Source of the DNA: an uncultured Alphaproteobacteria bacterium
Lineage (GTDB): Bacteria > Pseudomonadota > Alphaproteobacteria > Rhizobiales > Xanthobacteraceae
Assembly: GCA_963741115.1 (NCBI GenBank)
Contig: CAVUGR010000008.1
Span: 45,251-109,250 of the forward strand
Direction of reading: 5' to 3'
DNA: 64,000 nucleotides
Position 1 is the first letter of the stretch. Every line of letters starts with the position of its first letter. Under the pieces are notes generated by a model, which had not been told where the DNA came from, did not search any database, and saw only the letters and a program-made list of their open reading frames with translations. A program made the translations under genes and the position numbers. This document shows positions 1-10,407 of this stretch, piece by piece.

Positions 1-1428
1 GCGCGCACCGATCTGCCCGGCAGCGGCGTGATCCGCGCGCTGGTGACGGCCTCGTTTGTGACGCCGCCGTTTCTGGGCGCGATCGCCTGGGAACTGCTGG
101 CGGCGCCCAATAGCGGGCTGCTCAACAAGATTTTCCGCAGCATCACCGGTGCCGAGCAGGACGTGCACCTGTTCAATATCTATACGCTGACCGGCATCGT
201 CTTCGTGATCTCCTGCTACACCTTCCCCTACGTTTTCGTGCTGGTCGCCAATTCGCTCGACCGCACGCCCGGTGAACTGGAGGACGCTTCTTCCATTCTC
301 GGCGGCGGGCGCTGGTACACCGCGCGGCGCGTCACCATTCCGCTGGTGCTGCCGGCCTTGCTCGCGGGCGCGCTGGTCGCCTTCCTGCAGGCGATGACGC
401 TGTTCGGCTCGCCGGCGATTTTGGCGCTGCCGGCCGGTTTCCACACCATGACCACCAAGATCTGGAGTCTGTTCCAGTATCCGCCCAAGCCCGAGCTCGC
501 CGCCGCCGCCGCGCTGCCGCTGCTGGTGCTCACCGTCTTTCTGCTGCGCGCCGAGCACATGATTCTCGGCCGCCGCGGCTATTCGGTGGTCGGCGGCAAA
601 TATGGCGCGCCGCGCCTGATCCCGTTGCACAACTGGCGCTGGCCGGCATTCGCCATTTGCCTGACCGTGCTGCTGATGCCGGTTTTCCTGCCCTATGTCG
701 CGCTGTTCAACGCGGCGTTCTCACCGGTGGCGACCACGTTCCTGACGTTCAAAAATGCGACGATGCACAACATCTACTTCGTCTTGTTCGACCTGTCGGC
801 GGCATCCTTGGCGCTCAAGAACACGGTCATCCTCGGCGGCGCCACCGCCACCATTGGCACCGCGATCGCGCTGGTGATCGCCTATGTCACCGCGCGCCAG
901 GCGGTGCCCGGCCACCGCATCCTCGGCTTTCTCGCCACTGCGCCGATCGCCATTCCCGGCATCGTGCTCGGCGTCGGCCTGTTCCTGAGCTACACGCGGC
1001 CGCCTTTCGTGCTGTACGGCACGCTGTGGATTCTGCTGATCGCCTTCGTGACCATCGCGCTGCCGTCGGCCTATCAGCAATTACAGGCGGCGTTCCGCAC
1101 CATTCACCCGGAACTGGAAGACGCCAGCCGCATTCTCGGCGCCACGCGGCTGCGCTCGCTCTGGCAGATCACTGCGCCGCTCTTGCGCACCGGCGTGATC
1201 GCGACCTGGTGCTTTATCTTCGTCGGCGTGATGCGCGAACTGTCGGCGGCGATCATTCTGTTCACCTCGGAAACCAAGGTTATCTCGGTGCTGATCTACG
1301 ATCTCAACGAGAGCGGCGACCTCGGCGCCATCTCGGTAATCGGCATCGGCATGCTGATCATCACCTTCAGCGTCGTGATCGCGGTCAACCGCATCCCCGG
1401 CTTCGGCAACGTACGGTTCAGAACATAA
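1..1428 (+). CDS. ABC transporter permease, Fe(III)/FbpB-type fused double-domain, 5' partial (reading frame runs off the window start)
   Basis: Open frame from base 1, no upstream stop. Two permease modules, each with an EAA-like loop (ELEDASSILGGGRWYTARRVTIP; ELEDASRILGATRLRSLWQITAP). Multiple TM helices. Stop at 1426-1428 abuts the next ATG. Confidence 0.8.
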   Translation, partial: ARTDLPGSGVIRALVTASFVTPPFLGAIAWELLAAPNSGLLNKIFRSITGAEQDVHLFNIYTLTGIVFVISCYTFPYVFVLVANSLDRTPGELEDASSILGGGRWYTARRVTIPLVLPALLAGALVAFLQAMTLFGSPAILALPAGFHTMTTKIWSLFQYPPKPELAAAAALPLLVLTVFLLRAEHMILGRRGYSVVGGKYGAPRLIPLHNWRWPAFAICLTVLLMPVFLPYVALFNAAFSPVATTFLTFKNATMHNIYFVLFDLSAASLALKNTVILGGATATIGTAIALVIAYVTARQAVPGHRILGFLATAPIAIPGIVLGVGLFLSYTRPPFVLYGTLWILLIAFVTIALPSAYQQLQAAFRTIHPELEDASRILGATRLRSLWQITAPLLRTGVIATWCFIFVGVMRELSAAIILFTSETKVISVLIYDLNESGDLGAISVIGIGMLIITFSVVIAVNRIPGFGNVRFRT

Positions 1429-2802
1429 ATGGACGCCAAGGCCCCCACCACCTCCGTCGCGCAGCACCTCTCCGAGCACATGGTCGCGTTGCGCAGCGAA
1501 ACGCTGCCTCCGGCGGTGCGCGCCAAATGCGAAGATCTGCTGGTGGACGTCGTCGGGCTTTGCGTCACCTCACGCAACGAGGATTACGTCAGAGCCGCGC
1601 TTGCCGGCTGCGACGATGACGGCCCTTGCACCGCGATCGGACATACGCGCACGCTGAGCGCGGCAAGCGCCGCTTTCGTCAACGGCACCGCCTGCCACGG
1701 CGAGGACTTCGACGACACCTTCGAAGGCGGGCCGGTGCATACCGGTGCGGTGATCGTGCCGGCGGTGTTGGCGGCTTGTGAGCGCCACCAGCCTGACGGC
1801 GCCGCGGCGCTTCTGGGCATCGCGGTCGGTGTCGAGACCATGTGCCGTCTGTCGACCGTGGTGCCGAAGGCGGTGCACAAGGCGGGCTTTCATCCGACCG
1901 CGATTTTCGGCGTGATGGGTGCCGCCGCCGGTGTCGGCGCCGCGCTCGGCCTCAATGCGAAACAGCTCGTCGATGCGCTCGGCATCGCCGGCAGTTTTGC
2001 CGGCGGCATCATCGAATATCTGACCGATGGCGCCTGGACCAAGCGGCTGCATCCCGGATGGGCGGCGCAATCCGGCATTCGCGCGGCGCTGCTGGGGCGC
2101 GCCGGCTTCTTCGGGCCGCGCACGGTGTTCGAAGGCGTGCACGGACTTTTTCACGGCTTCGCACACACCACTAAGGGCGACTATGACGCGCTCACCGGCG
2201 ATTTCGGCAGCAAGTTTGTGACCGAGACGCTCGCCTTCAAGCCCTATCCATGCGGCACCATGGCGCATCCTTATATCGACTGCGCCAAGAAGCTGGCGGC
2301 GAAGGGCGTCAGAGCCGCCGACATCAAGGAGATATTCTGCGAAGTCGCCGAAGGCACCGTGCACCGACTGTGGGAGCCGCTCGTCGACAAGCAGCGGCCG
2401 CGCAACGGCTACATGGCGAAATTCTCGACGCCGTATCTGCTGGCGACCGGTTTCGTGCGCGGCGGCGTCGGCTTCGATCATTTCAGCGAGAAGGCCGTCA
2501 ACGATCCGGAAGTGTTGGCGCTGTCGTCGAAAGTGAAATACGTGGTCGATCCGGGTAATCCGTATCCCAATGCCTTCACCGGCCATATCCGCGCCACACT
2601 CAACGACGGGCGCGTGATCGAAGAGCGCCAGCCGCACTTCCGCGGCGGCGTGCACGAGCCGCTGACACGCGCCGACATCGAGGAAAAATTCGTGCTCAAC
2701 GCGCGTCACGGCGGCTGGGACGATGCGCGCAGCGGCGCGGCGCTCAAGCTGCTGGCCAAGCTTTATGGCGGCAAGATCGATTTAAGTAGCTTGCGCGGAT
2801 AG
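1429..2802 (+). CDS. MmgE/PrpD family protein (2-methylcitrate dehydratase / cis-aconitate decarboxylase superfamily)
   Basis: 457-aa intact ORF. ATG immediately follows the permease stop. Sequence is typical of MmgE/PrpD over its full length. Confidence 0.85.
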   Translation: MDAKAPTTSVAQHLSEHMVALRSETLPPAVRAKCEDLLVDVVGLCVTSRNEDYVRAALAGCDDDGPCTAIGHTRTLSAASAAFVNGTACHGEDFDDTFEGGPVHTGAVIVPAVLAACERHQPDGAAALLGIAVGVETMCRLSTVVPKAVHKAGFHPTAIFGVMGAAAGVGAALGLNAKQLVDALGIAGSFAGGIIEYLTDGAWTKRLHPGWAAQSGIRAALLGRAGFFGPRTVFEGVHGLFHGFAHTTKGDYDALTGDFGSKFVTETLAFKPYPCGTMAHPYIDCAKKLAAKGVRAADIKEIFCEVAEGTVHRLWEPLVDKQRPRNGYMAKFSTPYLLATGFVRGGVGFDHFSEKAVNDPEVLALSSKVKYVVDPGNPYPNAFTGHIRATLNDGRVIEERQPHFRGGVHEPLTRADIEEKFVLNARHGGWDDARSGAALKLLAKLYGGKIDLSSLRG

Positions 2803-2809
2803 TTTTGCC

Positions 2810-2894
2810 GTCATGGCCGGGCTTGTCCCGGCCATCCACGTCTTGGCGGCGGAAAAAGAAAGGCGTGAATGCCCGGCACAAGGCCGGGCATGAC
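2810..2894. repeat. REP-like palindromic intergenic element, family A (GTCATGGCCGGGCTTGTCCCGGCCATCCACG ... CGTGAATGCCCGGCACAAGGCCGGGCATGAC)
   Basis: Near-perfect inverted repeat. A second copy with the same arms lies at 5186-5280. Confidence 0.6.
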
Positions 2895-2912
2895 GGAGCA
2901 AAGAGGTCGGCT

Positions 2913-3668
2913 ATGAGTGAAAAAGAGCTTTCGGGCAAAGCGGCCATCGTCACCGGCGCCGGGCGCAACATCGGCCGCGCCATTGCGCATCAACTTGCCG
3001 CCGCTGGCGCCGCGGTGGTCGTCAACGTTCGCTCGAACAAGGCCGAAGCCGACGCGGTCGTGCGCGAGATCGAATCCGCGGGCGGCAAGGCCATCGGCGT
3101 GCTCGGCGATGCCGCCGATCCGAAAACCGCGGCGGCGCTCGCAGATGCTGCGATCAAAACGTTCGGCCGTATCGATATCCTGGTCAACAACGCGGCACTG
3201 CGGCGCGAGCAGCCGATCGGCGAGATGAGCCATGCCGAATGGCGCGAGGTGTTGGATCTCACGCTCGACGGCGCCTTTCACGGCGTGAAGGCCTGCCTGC
3301 CGGCGATGAAAAAAGCCGGCGGGGGCACTATCATCAATATCGGCGGCATGAGCGCACATATCGGATCGAAAAATCGCGCCCATGTGCTGACCGCCAAAGC
3401 CGGGCTGGTCGGCTTTACCCGCGCGCTCGCGCACGATCTGGCGGAAGCCCACATCACCGCCAACTGCGTGGTGCCGGGCGCGATCGATACGCCGCGGCCC
3501 GAGACCGCGCCGAAACCCGCGCATCATCTCACCCACGGCACCATCACCGGCGAACGCGGCAAGCCCGCCGATGTCGCCGCCATGGTGCGCTTTCTCGCTG
3601 GCCCCGGCGCGCGTTTTGTCACCGGGCAGACCATTCACGTCAACGGCGGGACCTATCTCGGCTCCTAG
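2913..3668 (+). CDS. SDR family NAD(P)-dependent oxidoreductase (3-oxoacyl-ACP reductase-like)
   Basis: TGAGRNIGRAI Rossmann motif, NNAAL, catalytic S...Y..K pattern. ATG at 2913 after the repeat element. Confidence 0.85.
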   Translation: MSEKELSGKAAIVTGAGRNIGRAIAHQLAAAGAAVVVNVRSNKAEADAVVREIESAGGKAIGVLGDAADPKTAAALADAAIKTFGRIDILVNNAALRREQPIGEMSHAEWREVLDLTLDGAFHGVKACLPAMKKAGGGTIINIGGMSAHIGSKNRAHVLTAKAGLVGFTRALAHDLAEAHITANCVVPGAIDTPRPETAPKPAHHLTHGTITGERGKPADVAAMVRFLAGPGARFVTGQTIHVNGGTYLGS

Positions 3669-3754
3669 CCGCGTCCGCGCCCAGTTGGGGCAGGGTGGCC
3701 GCACGCGGCCGAAAGTGCTAATCCACGCCCAACGAAAATCCGGGAGGTTCTCGC

Positions 3755-5182
3755 ATGTACACCGAGCTCAAGCTTTTCATCGACGGAAAATGGCTCAACG
3801 GCGAAGGCCGCAAGGGCGAGGACGTGATCAATCCGGCGACCGGCAAGGTGCTGGCGCATCTGCCGCATGCCAGCAAGGCCGATCTCGATGAAGCGCTTCA
3901 AGCCGCGCAGAAGGGCTTCGCGGTCTGGCGGGCGACCTCGGCCTATGATCGCGCCAAGATTATGCGCAAGGCCGCCGATCTCCTGCGCGAGCGTCACGAT
4001 CATGTCGCGAAAGTGCAGACCCAGGAGCAGGGCAAGGTCTATGTCGAGTCGCGCATGGAGGTGCTGACCTCCGCCGACATCATCGACTGGTACGCCGAAG
4101 AAGGCCGTCGTTCCTATGGCCGCGTGGTGCCGGGCCGCGCCAAAGGCGTGCGCCAGATCGTGCTGCAGGAACCGGTCGGCGTGGTGGCGGCGTTTACGCC
4201 GTGGAATTTCCCGACGCTGACACCTGTGCGCAAGATCGCCGGCGCGCTGGCGGCCGGCTGCTCGCTCATCATCAAGGCCTCGGAAGAAACTCCGGGTGGC
4301 TGTGTCGAGCTGGTGAAATGCTTCGCCGACGCAGGGCTCCCGGCGGGCGTGCTCAATCTGGTGTTCGGCGTGCCGGCCAACGTGTCGGAGCACCTGATCC
4401 CGTCCGACATCGTGCGCAAGATTTCCTTCACCGGCTCGATTCCGGTCGGCAAGCATCTCGCCGGTCTTGCCGCCAAGGGCATGAAGCGCGCCACCATGGA
4501 ACTCGGCGGCCATTCGCCGGTCGTGGTGTTTGACGACGCCGATCCGGAAAAGGCCGCCGACACCATCGCAGCGTTCAAGTATCGCAACGCCGGCCAGGTC
4601 TGCATCTCGCCGACGCGCTTTTATGTGCAGGAGAAGGGCTACAATAAATTTGTCGCCCGCTTCACCGAATATGCCAAGGGCCTCAAGCTCGGCGACGGGC
4701 TGGAGAAGGGCATCACGCTCGGGCCGCTTGCCAATCCGCGCCGGCTCGACGCCATGGAGAGCTTTGTCAACGACGCCAAGGCGAAGGGCGGCAAGATCCA
4801 GACCGGCGGCTCGCGCCACGGCAACCAGGGCTTCTTCTTCGAGCCGACCGTGATCACCGACATTCCCGACGACGCCAAGATCATGAAGGAAGAGCCGTTC
4901 GGCCCGGTCGCGCCGATCGTGCCGTTCAAGACTTTCGACGAGGTGGTCGAGCGCGCCAACTCGCTGCCGTTCGGTCTGGCGGCCTATGCCTTCACCGCGT
5001 CGGGCGCGACCGCGACCGCGATCGGCGATGCCATCCAGTCCGGCATGGTCGGAGTCAATTCCGTCGCCATCTCGACGCCGGAGACGCCGTTCGGCGGCAT
5101 CAAGGAGAGTGGCTACGGCTCGGAAGGCGGCATCGAGGGCTTGCAGGCCTACATGAACACGAAGTTCATTTCGCAGGCTTAG
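3755..5182 (+). CDS. NAD(P)-dependent aldehyde dehydrogenase
   Basis: 475-aa intact ORF. GGGAGG Shine-Dalgarno before the ATG. FTGS.PVG, ELGG and catalytic Cys region are present. Confidence 0.85.
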   Translation: MYTELKLFIDGKWLNGEGRKGEDVINPATGKVLAHLPHASKADLDEALQAAQKGFAVWRATSAYDRAKIMRKAADLLRERHDHVAKVQTQEQGKVYVESRMEVLTSADIIDWYAEEGRRSYGRVVPGRAKGVRQIVLQEPVGVVAAFTPWNFPTLTPVRKIAGALAAGCSLIIKASEETPGGCVELVKCFADAGLPAGVLNLVFGVPANVSEHLIPSDIVRKISFTGSIPVGKHLAGLAAKGMKRATMELGGHSPVVVFDDADPEKAADTIAAFKYRNAGQVCISPTRFYVQEKGYNKFVARFTEYAKGLKLGDGLEKGITLGPLANPRRLDAMESFVNDAKAKGGKIQTGGSRHGNQGFFFEPTVITDIPDDAKIMKEEPFGPVAPIVPFKTFDEVVERANSLPFGLAAYAFTASGATATAIGDAIQSGMVGVNSVAISTPETPFGGIKESGYGSEGGIEGLQAYMNTKFISQA

Positions 5183-5185
5183 TAA

Positions 5186-5280
5186 CAGCGTCATGCCGGG
5201 CCTTGTGCCGGGCATCCACGTCTTACTTTTTAGAGCCAGGCAAAGCGTGGATGGCCGGGACAAGCCCTGCCATGACAGCG
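5186..5280. repeat. REP-like palindromic intergenic element, family A (second copy)
   Basis: Arms TCATGCCGGGCCTTGTGCCGGGCATCCACG / CGTGGATGGCCGGGACAAGCCCTGCCATGAC. Confidence 0.6.
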
Positions 5281-5281
5281 A

Positions 5282-7618
5282 TTATTTCGCCATCCCCTTC
5301 TGACACGCTTCCCACACCTTCGCGGGCGTCGCCGGCATGTCCATGTGATCGGCGGCGCCGTTCGGCACCGCGTGTCCGATCGCGTTCATCAGCGCAGCGA
5401 TCGCGGCGGTGGTGCCGGCCTCGCCGGTGCCCTTGACGCCCAATGGATTGGTGGTGGCCGGAGTGGACAGTACCGCCTCGCGCAATTCCACCGGCATGTC
5501 GTGTGCGCGCGGCATGGCGTAGTCCATGAACGAGCCGGTGAGCAGCTGCCCGCCGTTCGGGTCGTAGACGACGTTCTCCAGGAGCGCCTGGCCGAAACCG
5601 TTGGCCAAGCTGCCGTGCACCTGGCCCTCGACGATCGTGGGGTTGAGCATGTTGCCGCAATCGTCGACCGCGGTGTAGGTCACCACGTCGACCTTGCCGG
5701 TGTCGGGATCGATCTCGACTTCGGCGATGTGCACGCCGTTCGGGAAAGGTCAGCGGCGTCTCGGCCTTTTCCTTGGTGTCGAGGCTTTCCGACATTTCCT
5801 TGGCGCGGCGCGCAGTCTCGAACAGCGAGATGCGGCGGTCGGTGCCGACCACTTCGAAATTTCCGTTTTTGTACTGGATGTCGCTCTCGGATGCTTCCAG
5901 CAGACCGGAGGCGATTTTCTTGCCCTTGGCCAGCATCACTTCGGTGGTGTGCACGATGGCGTGGCCGGCCGCCATCGCCGAGCGCGAGCCGACCGAAGCA
6001 AAGCCGACGATCTCCCGCGACGAGTCGCCGTGCTGGTGCTCGATGGTCTTGCGGTCGATGCCGAGCTGGTCCGACAACAGCCGGCCGAACACGGTGGCAT
6101 GGCTCTGTCCGGTCGATTGGACGTTGAGCGCCAGAATCAACTTGTCGCCGCCGGGAAACACCAGCGAGGCGCTTTCGGTCGGCAGCGCGCCGGCATGTTC
6201 CAGCATGCAGGAAATGCCGATGCCGCGCAGTTTCTTGCGCTTGGCGGATTCGCGTTTGCGCTTGTTGAAATTCTTATAGTCGCTCATCTCCATCGCCTTG
6301 GCGAAGATCGCCGGAAAATCGCCGCTGTCGTAGGTGGTGGTGACCGCGGTCTTGTAGGGCATCGCCGAGGGCGGAATGAGATTCTTGCGGCGCAGCTGCA
6401 CGGTGTCGATGCCGGTGACGCGCGCCGCTTCCTCGACGACCCGGTCGAGCGCGTAATTGGCTTCCGGGCGTCCGGCGCCGCGATAGGGCCCGATCGGCGC
6501 CGTGTTGGTAAATACGCAGCGCGAGGAAAAATCGATCTTCGGAATGCGGTACATCCCGGGCAAGCAGCGCGCGACATTGTTGGTGTTGATGCCGATGCCG
6601 GCCGGTGTGACATAGGCGCCCTGGCCGCACAGGTGTTTCATGCGCAGCGCCAGGAATTTGCCGTTCTCGTCGAGCGCCAGTTCGCTTTCGGTATAGGTGT
6701 CGCGCGCCTGCGTGTCGGTCATGAAGGCTTCCGAGCGCGTCGACATCCAATGCACCGGACGTCGGAGCTTCTTGGCGGCGACCAGCACCGCCAGATATTC
6801 CGGGTAGACCGGGTCTTCATGCCGAAGGCGCCGCCGACATCCTCGGTGATGACACGCAGCTTACTGTTGTCGACGCCAAGGATCGGCGCGGTCTGATTGC
6901 GGATGGTGCCGGCGCTCTGCGAGCAGGCGTGCAGCGTGTAACTTTCGGTCTTGGGATCGTAGGTACCGGTGGCGCCGCGCGTCTCCATCGAGGCAACCAC
7001 CATGCGCTGATTGCGTACGGTGACGCGCGCCACGTGCTTCGCGCTCTTGATGATCGCATCGACCTCGCGCTCGTTGTCCGGGCTGTCGACCATGCCGGGC
7101 CAGTCGATGGCGAGATTGTTCGGTGCTTCCGGGTGCAGTTGCGGCGCGCCGGCTTTCAGCGCCTCGCGCGCATCGATCACCGCCGGCGTATCTTCGTATT
7201 CGACCGCGATCTGGTCGGCTGCGTCCAACGCCTGGCCGAGCGTCTCTGCCACCACCATGGCGACCGCCTCGCCAACATAGAGCACGCGCTCACCGGCAAG
7301 CGTCGGCCGGAACGGCTGGATCAACTCCTTGCCGCCGCGGCCCGGCAGCGGCGGATGGCGGCCCGCGCTTTTCAATCCGGCCGCCTTGATGTCTTCGGCG
7401 GTGAGCACCGCCACCACGCCCTTGGCGCCGCGTGCCTTGGCCGCATCGATCGAGACGATGCGCGCGCTGGCATGCGGCGAGCGCACGAACACGGCGGCGG
7501 CCTGGTTCGGCAGGCGCGGATCGTCGGCATATTTGCCGGCGCCGCGTACCAGGGCGTCGTCCTCCAGGCGCAGTTCGGCTTTGCGGTGGGCGAGGGGCGT
7601 ATTCATGCGGGGTTCCAC
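5282..7618 (-). pseudogene. xanthine dehydrogenase family molybdopterin-binding large subunit (CoxL/aldehyde oxidase-like), frameshifted at least twice
   Basis: One protein is split over three frames: 6719-7618 N-terminus, 5740-6788 middle, 5282-5734 C-terminus. A 1-nt indel lies near 6800 (GMKT|PVYPEYLAVLV) and another near 5745 (LTFP|NGVHIAEVEIDPDTGKV). No adjacent FAD or Fe-S subunit genes. Confidence 0.75.
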
Positions 7619-7668
7619 GTGAAACTTGAGGCCCGTTTATAACGCATAGTTAGCCTTCGGACAGGGGC

Positions 7669-8736
7669 TTGCGTCCGGTCCTTGGCTGCGGCACTCAGTC
7701 CGCTCGACATAAGTGTAATTTTCAGGGGACGAAATGGCCGAAACTGCGGACGATCGACACCCACACCCACATTCTGACCCTGGAGACGGCCGCGCTGCTG
7801 ACCAAGGCGGGCGCCAAGGTGACCATCACGCCGGATGACGCAGAATTGTCGACGCTGGATGTCAACGGCGTTGTCTACAAGGCCTTCCCGACCGGAGGCT
7901 ACGACATTCCGCGGCGCTTGAAGGATATGGACGCCACCGGCGTCGATGTGCATGTGCTGTCGGCTACGCCGCAGACTTATCTCTACAATCTGGAGCCCGA
8001 GCTGAGCGCGACCCTGGCCACGATCCAGAACGACCAGATGGCCAAGCACGTCGCCGCCCATGCGGACCGCTTCATGGCCATCGCGACATTGCCGCTGGCG
8101 CAGCCCGCCCGAGCCGCCGACGAACTCAATCGCGTCATCACCAAACACGGTTTCAAGGGCGCCATGTTCGCCTCCAACGTCAAGGGTGTGAACCTCGACG
8201 ATCCGATGTTCGAGCCGCTATGGGCTGCCGCCCAAGAGCTCGGCGCCTTCATGTTCGTTCACCCGAACAATGTTGCCGGCGCCGATCGCCTGAAGTCCTA
8301 TTATCTCGCCAACCTGATCGGCAATCCTCTCGACACCACCATCGCCGCCGCGTCCCTTTACTTCGGCGGCGTGATGGACCGCTATCCCAGGCTGAAGGTG
8401 ATGCTGGCGCATGGCGGCGGCTTTACGCCGTACCAGGCGGCCCGCTGGGAGCACGGCTGGGCGGTGCGCGCGGAGGCCAAGAAGAACATCAAGACGCAGC
8501 CGAACAATATCGCCGGCCGCTTTATCTACGATACCATCCTGCATTCCGATAAGACGCTCGAGGCGATGATCGGACTGGTCGGCGCCGACAAGGTCATGCT
8601 CGGCAGTGACTACCCCTACGACATGGCGATGCTCGACTGTGTCAAGCATGTGCAGGGCCTGAAGATTTCCGACACCGACAAGGCGGCAATTCTCAACGGC
8701 AATTTCGAAAAATTCCTGGCGGGGATGCCGGCATGA
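7669..8736 (+). CDS. amidohydrolase-2 family protein (ACMSD-like metal-dependent hydrolase/decarboxylase)
   Basis: IDTHTHIL N-terminal motif and a long intact frame. Start is uncertain: the in-frame TTG at 7669 is weak. An ATG at 7733 with a good Shine-Dalgarno is +1 out of frame, so the true start may be 7733 with a 1-nt indel just after it. Confidence 0.7.
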   Translation: MRPVLGCGTQSARHKCNFQGTKWPKLRTIDTHTHILTLETAALLTKAGAKVTITPDDAELSTLDVNGVVYKAFPTGGYDIPRRLKDMDATGVDVHVLSATPQTYLYNLEPELSATLATIQNDQMAKHVAAHADRFMAIATLPLAQPARAADELNRVITKHGFKGAMFASNVKGVNLDDPMFEPLWAAAQELGAFMFVHPNNVAGADRLKSYYLANLIGNPLDTTIAAASLYFGGVMDRYPRLKVMLAHGGGFTPYQAARWEHGWAVRAEAKKNIKTQPNNIAGRFIYDTILHSDKTLEAMIGLVGADKVMLGSDYPYDMAMLDCVKHVQGLKISDTDKAAILNGNFEKFLAGMPA

Positions 8737-9812
8737 ACGTGCAGACCAATACCAAAGCCGGGCGCGTTCCGATTGCGGCCGTCACCGGCCTGATCGTCGA
8801 TGCGATGATCAAGGCCAATGTTCCGGCGCCGGACGCTGCCAAGATCGCCGAACTGATGCTGGAGGCCGATCTGGTCGGCGCCGATGCGCACGGCGTGTTT
8901 CGCCTGCCGCAATATGTTCAGCGCCTGAAGCTGGGTTCGACCAATGCACGCCCGGACATCAAGGTCGATCGCACCGCGCCGGCAACCGCGCTGGTGCACG
9001 GCGACAACGGCATGGGACATCTGGTGGTGGCGCGCGCGGCGGAAACCGCCATCGAGCTTGCGCGCGAATGCGGGGTCGCCTGGGTCGGCGCCGTGATGTC
9101 GAACCACGCCGGGGCTGCCGGCGTCTATGCCGCGCTGCCGCTCAAGTCCGACATGATCGGCATCTATTCGGCGGTGGCGAATGCCAACCACATGCCGCTC
9201 TCCGGCGGCGCCGAGCCGCTGCTCGGCACCAATCCGCTGGCGATCGCCATTCCGGCCGGCGAGGAGCCGCCACTGGTGCTCGACATCGCCACCTCGATCG
9301 TCTCCTACGGCACCATCAAGAATCACAAGCTGCTGAACCGTCCGCTACATGACGACTGGATGATCGATCCCAAGACCGGCGAGCCGGTCATCGATCCGCA
9401 CAAGAGCATCGAGGCGCTGCTGCTGCCGATGGCCGGTTACAAGGGGGCGGGGTTGGCGCTGATGCTGGGTATGCTGGCCGGCACGCTCAACGGCGCGCTG
9501 TTTGGCCGCGACTGCATCGACTTCAACGCCGATCCGGAGAAGGTCACCAATACCGGCCAGTTCGTCGTCGCGCTCGATCCCGGCCGTTTCCAGAAGCTCG
9601 AGGTGTTCAAGGCGGAAGTCGACCGCCACGTGCGCAGCCTGCGCAGCTCCAAGGTGCTGCCGGGAAACGATCCGGTGCGGCTGCCCGGTGACGCCCGCGC
9701 CAAGCGGCGGGCGGATCGCGTCAGCAACGGTCTCACGCTACCGCCGGAATTATTGGTGCAATTGGATAGACTCGCCAAGGAATTGGCGATCAAGCCGCTG
9801 GCGGCGCGCTAG
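8733..9812 (+). CDS. Ldh family oxidoreductase (malate/L-lactate dehydrogenase family, Ldh_2 fold)
   Basis: 359-aa intact ORF. ATGA overlap with the preceding gene suggests translational coupling. Confidence 0.8.
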   Translation: MNVQTNTKAGRVPIAAVTGLIVDAMIKANVPAPDAAKIAELMLEADLVGADAHGVFRLPQYVQRLKLGSTNARPDIKVDRTAPATALVHGDNGMGHLVVARAAETAIELARECGVAWVGAVMSNHAGAAGVYAALPLKSDMIGIYSAVANANHMPLSGGAEPLLGTNPLAIAIPAGEEPPLVLDIATSIVSYGTIKNHKLLNRPLHDDWMIDPKTGEPVIDPHKSIEALLLPMAGYKGAGLALMLGMLAGTLNGALFGRDCIDFNADPEKVTNTGQFVVALDPGRFQKLEVFKAEVDRHVRSLRSSKVLPGNDPVRLPGDARAKRRADRVSNGLTLPPELLVQLDRLAKELAIKPLAAR

Positions 9813-10407
9813 GCCGCAAATCCGTACTTGGATGGCCGGTGCGAATAGGCTTTGAAGCCGTAGACGCTGACGTCCTCACATTGTTGCCCAAGCGGAGCCG
9901 TTTGCCCACGCAGAGCCTTGGCCGCCTTGCAAAGGATCATGTCCTTTTGGACTCGTCCGATCACACCCGCTTTGTGCAGGCATCTGGCCTTCACGGCCAT
10001 CAACTCGGCCGATGATGTGTCCCTGATGGGGAAGATCAGATCGAGGTCGAGGTTGCGGTTCATGACGCCAGGACAAGTCGCGGGCCGCGAATCAGTTCCC
10101 GTGCAGACGCTCCCGAATCAAAAAATCCCTCTTTCAAGAGGTAACCCGCGCCGCACGGCATTACAAAATCTTGCAGCCGGCTAGTTGAATATTGCGAAGA
10201 ATCCATATTCACGGGAACAATTCTTAGCCGAGATGCTTTGTCCAATGACGGGATCACATATATGCCGCATTTGCCGTGCTCAAACGCGCGAACAGATCAA
10301 CTGTCGCCATCGTTTCCGACCAGCACTGGAATAATCCGTGCTTGGGGTCCTCAAAAACGATGCTGCCGATGATGTCGGCGCCGACAAAATTTCCCCGAAG
10401 GAAGCTG

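Noticed and set aside
657-1619. Long ORFs in alternative or antisense frames overlapping recognised genes (e.g. 657-1619+, 1570-2709-, 3665-5263-, 5694-6896+, 13254-14219+, 24031-25065+, 41710-42603-, 44117-46177-, 59820-61067-)
   Set aside because: These are Arg/Ala/Gly-rich low-complexity translations typical of off-frame reading in about 65% GC DNA. Each overlaps a frame with clear family-level protein sequence, so they are not independent genes.
9809-10063. 84-aa minus-strand ORF in the AT-rich island (MNRNLDLDLIFPIRDT...)
   Set aside because: No recognisable domain, no Shine-Dalgarno, unusual composition, and it overlaps other short ORFs. I treat it as non-coding.
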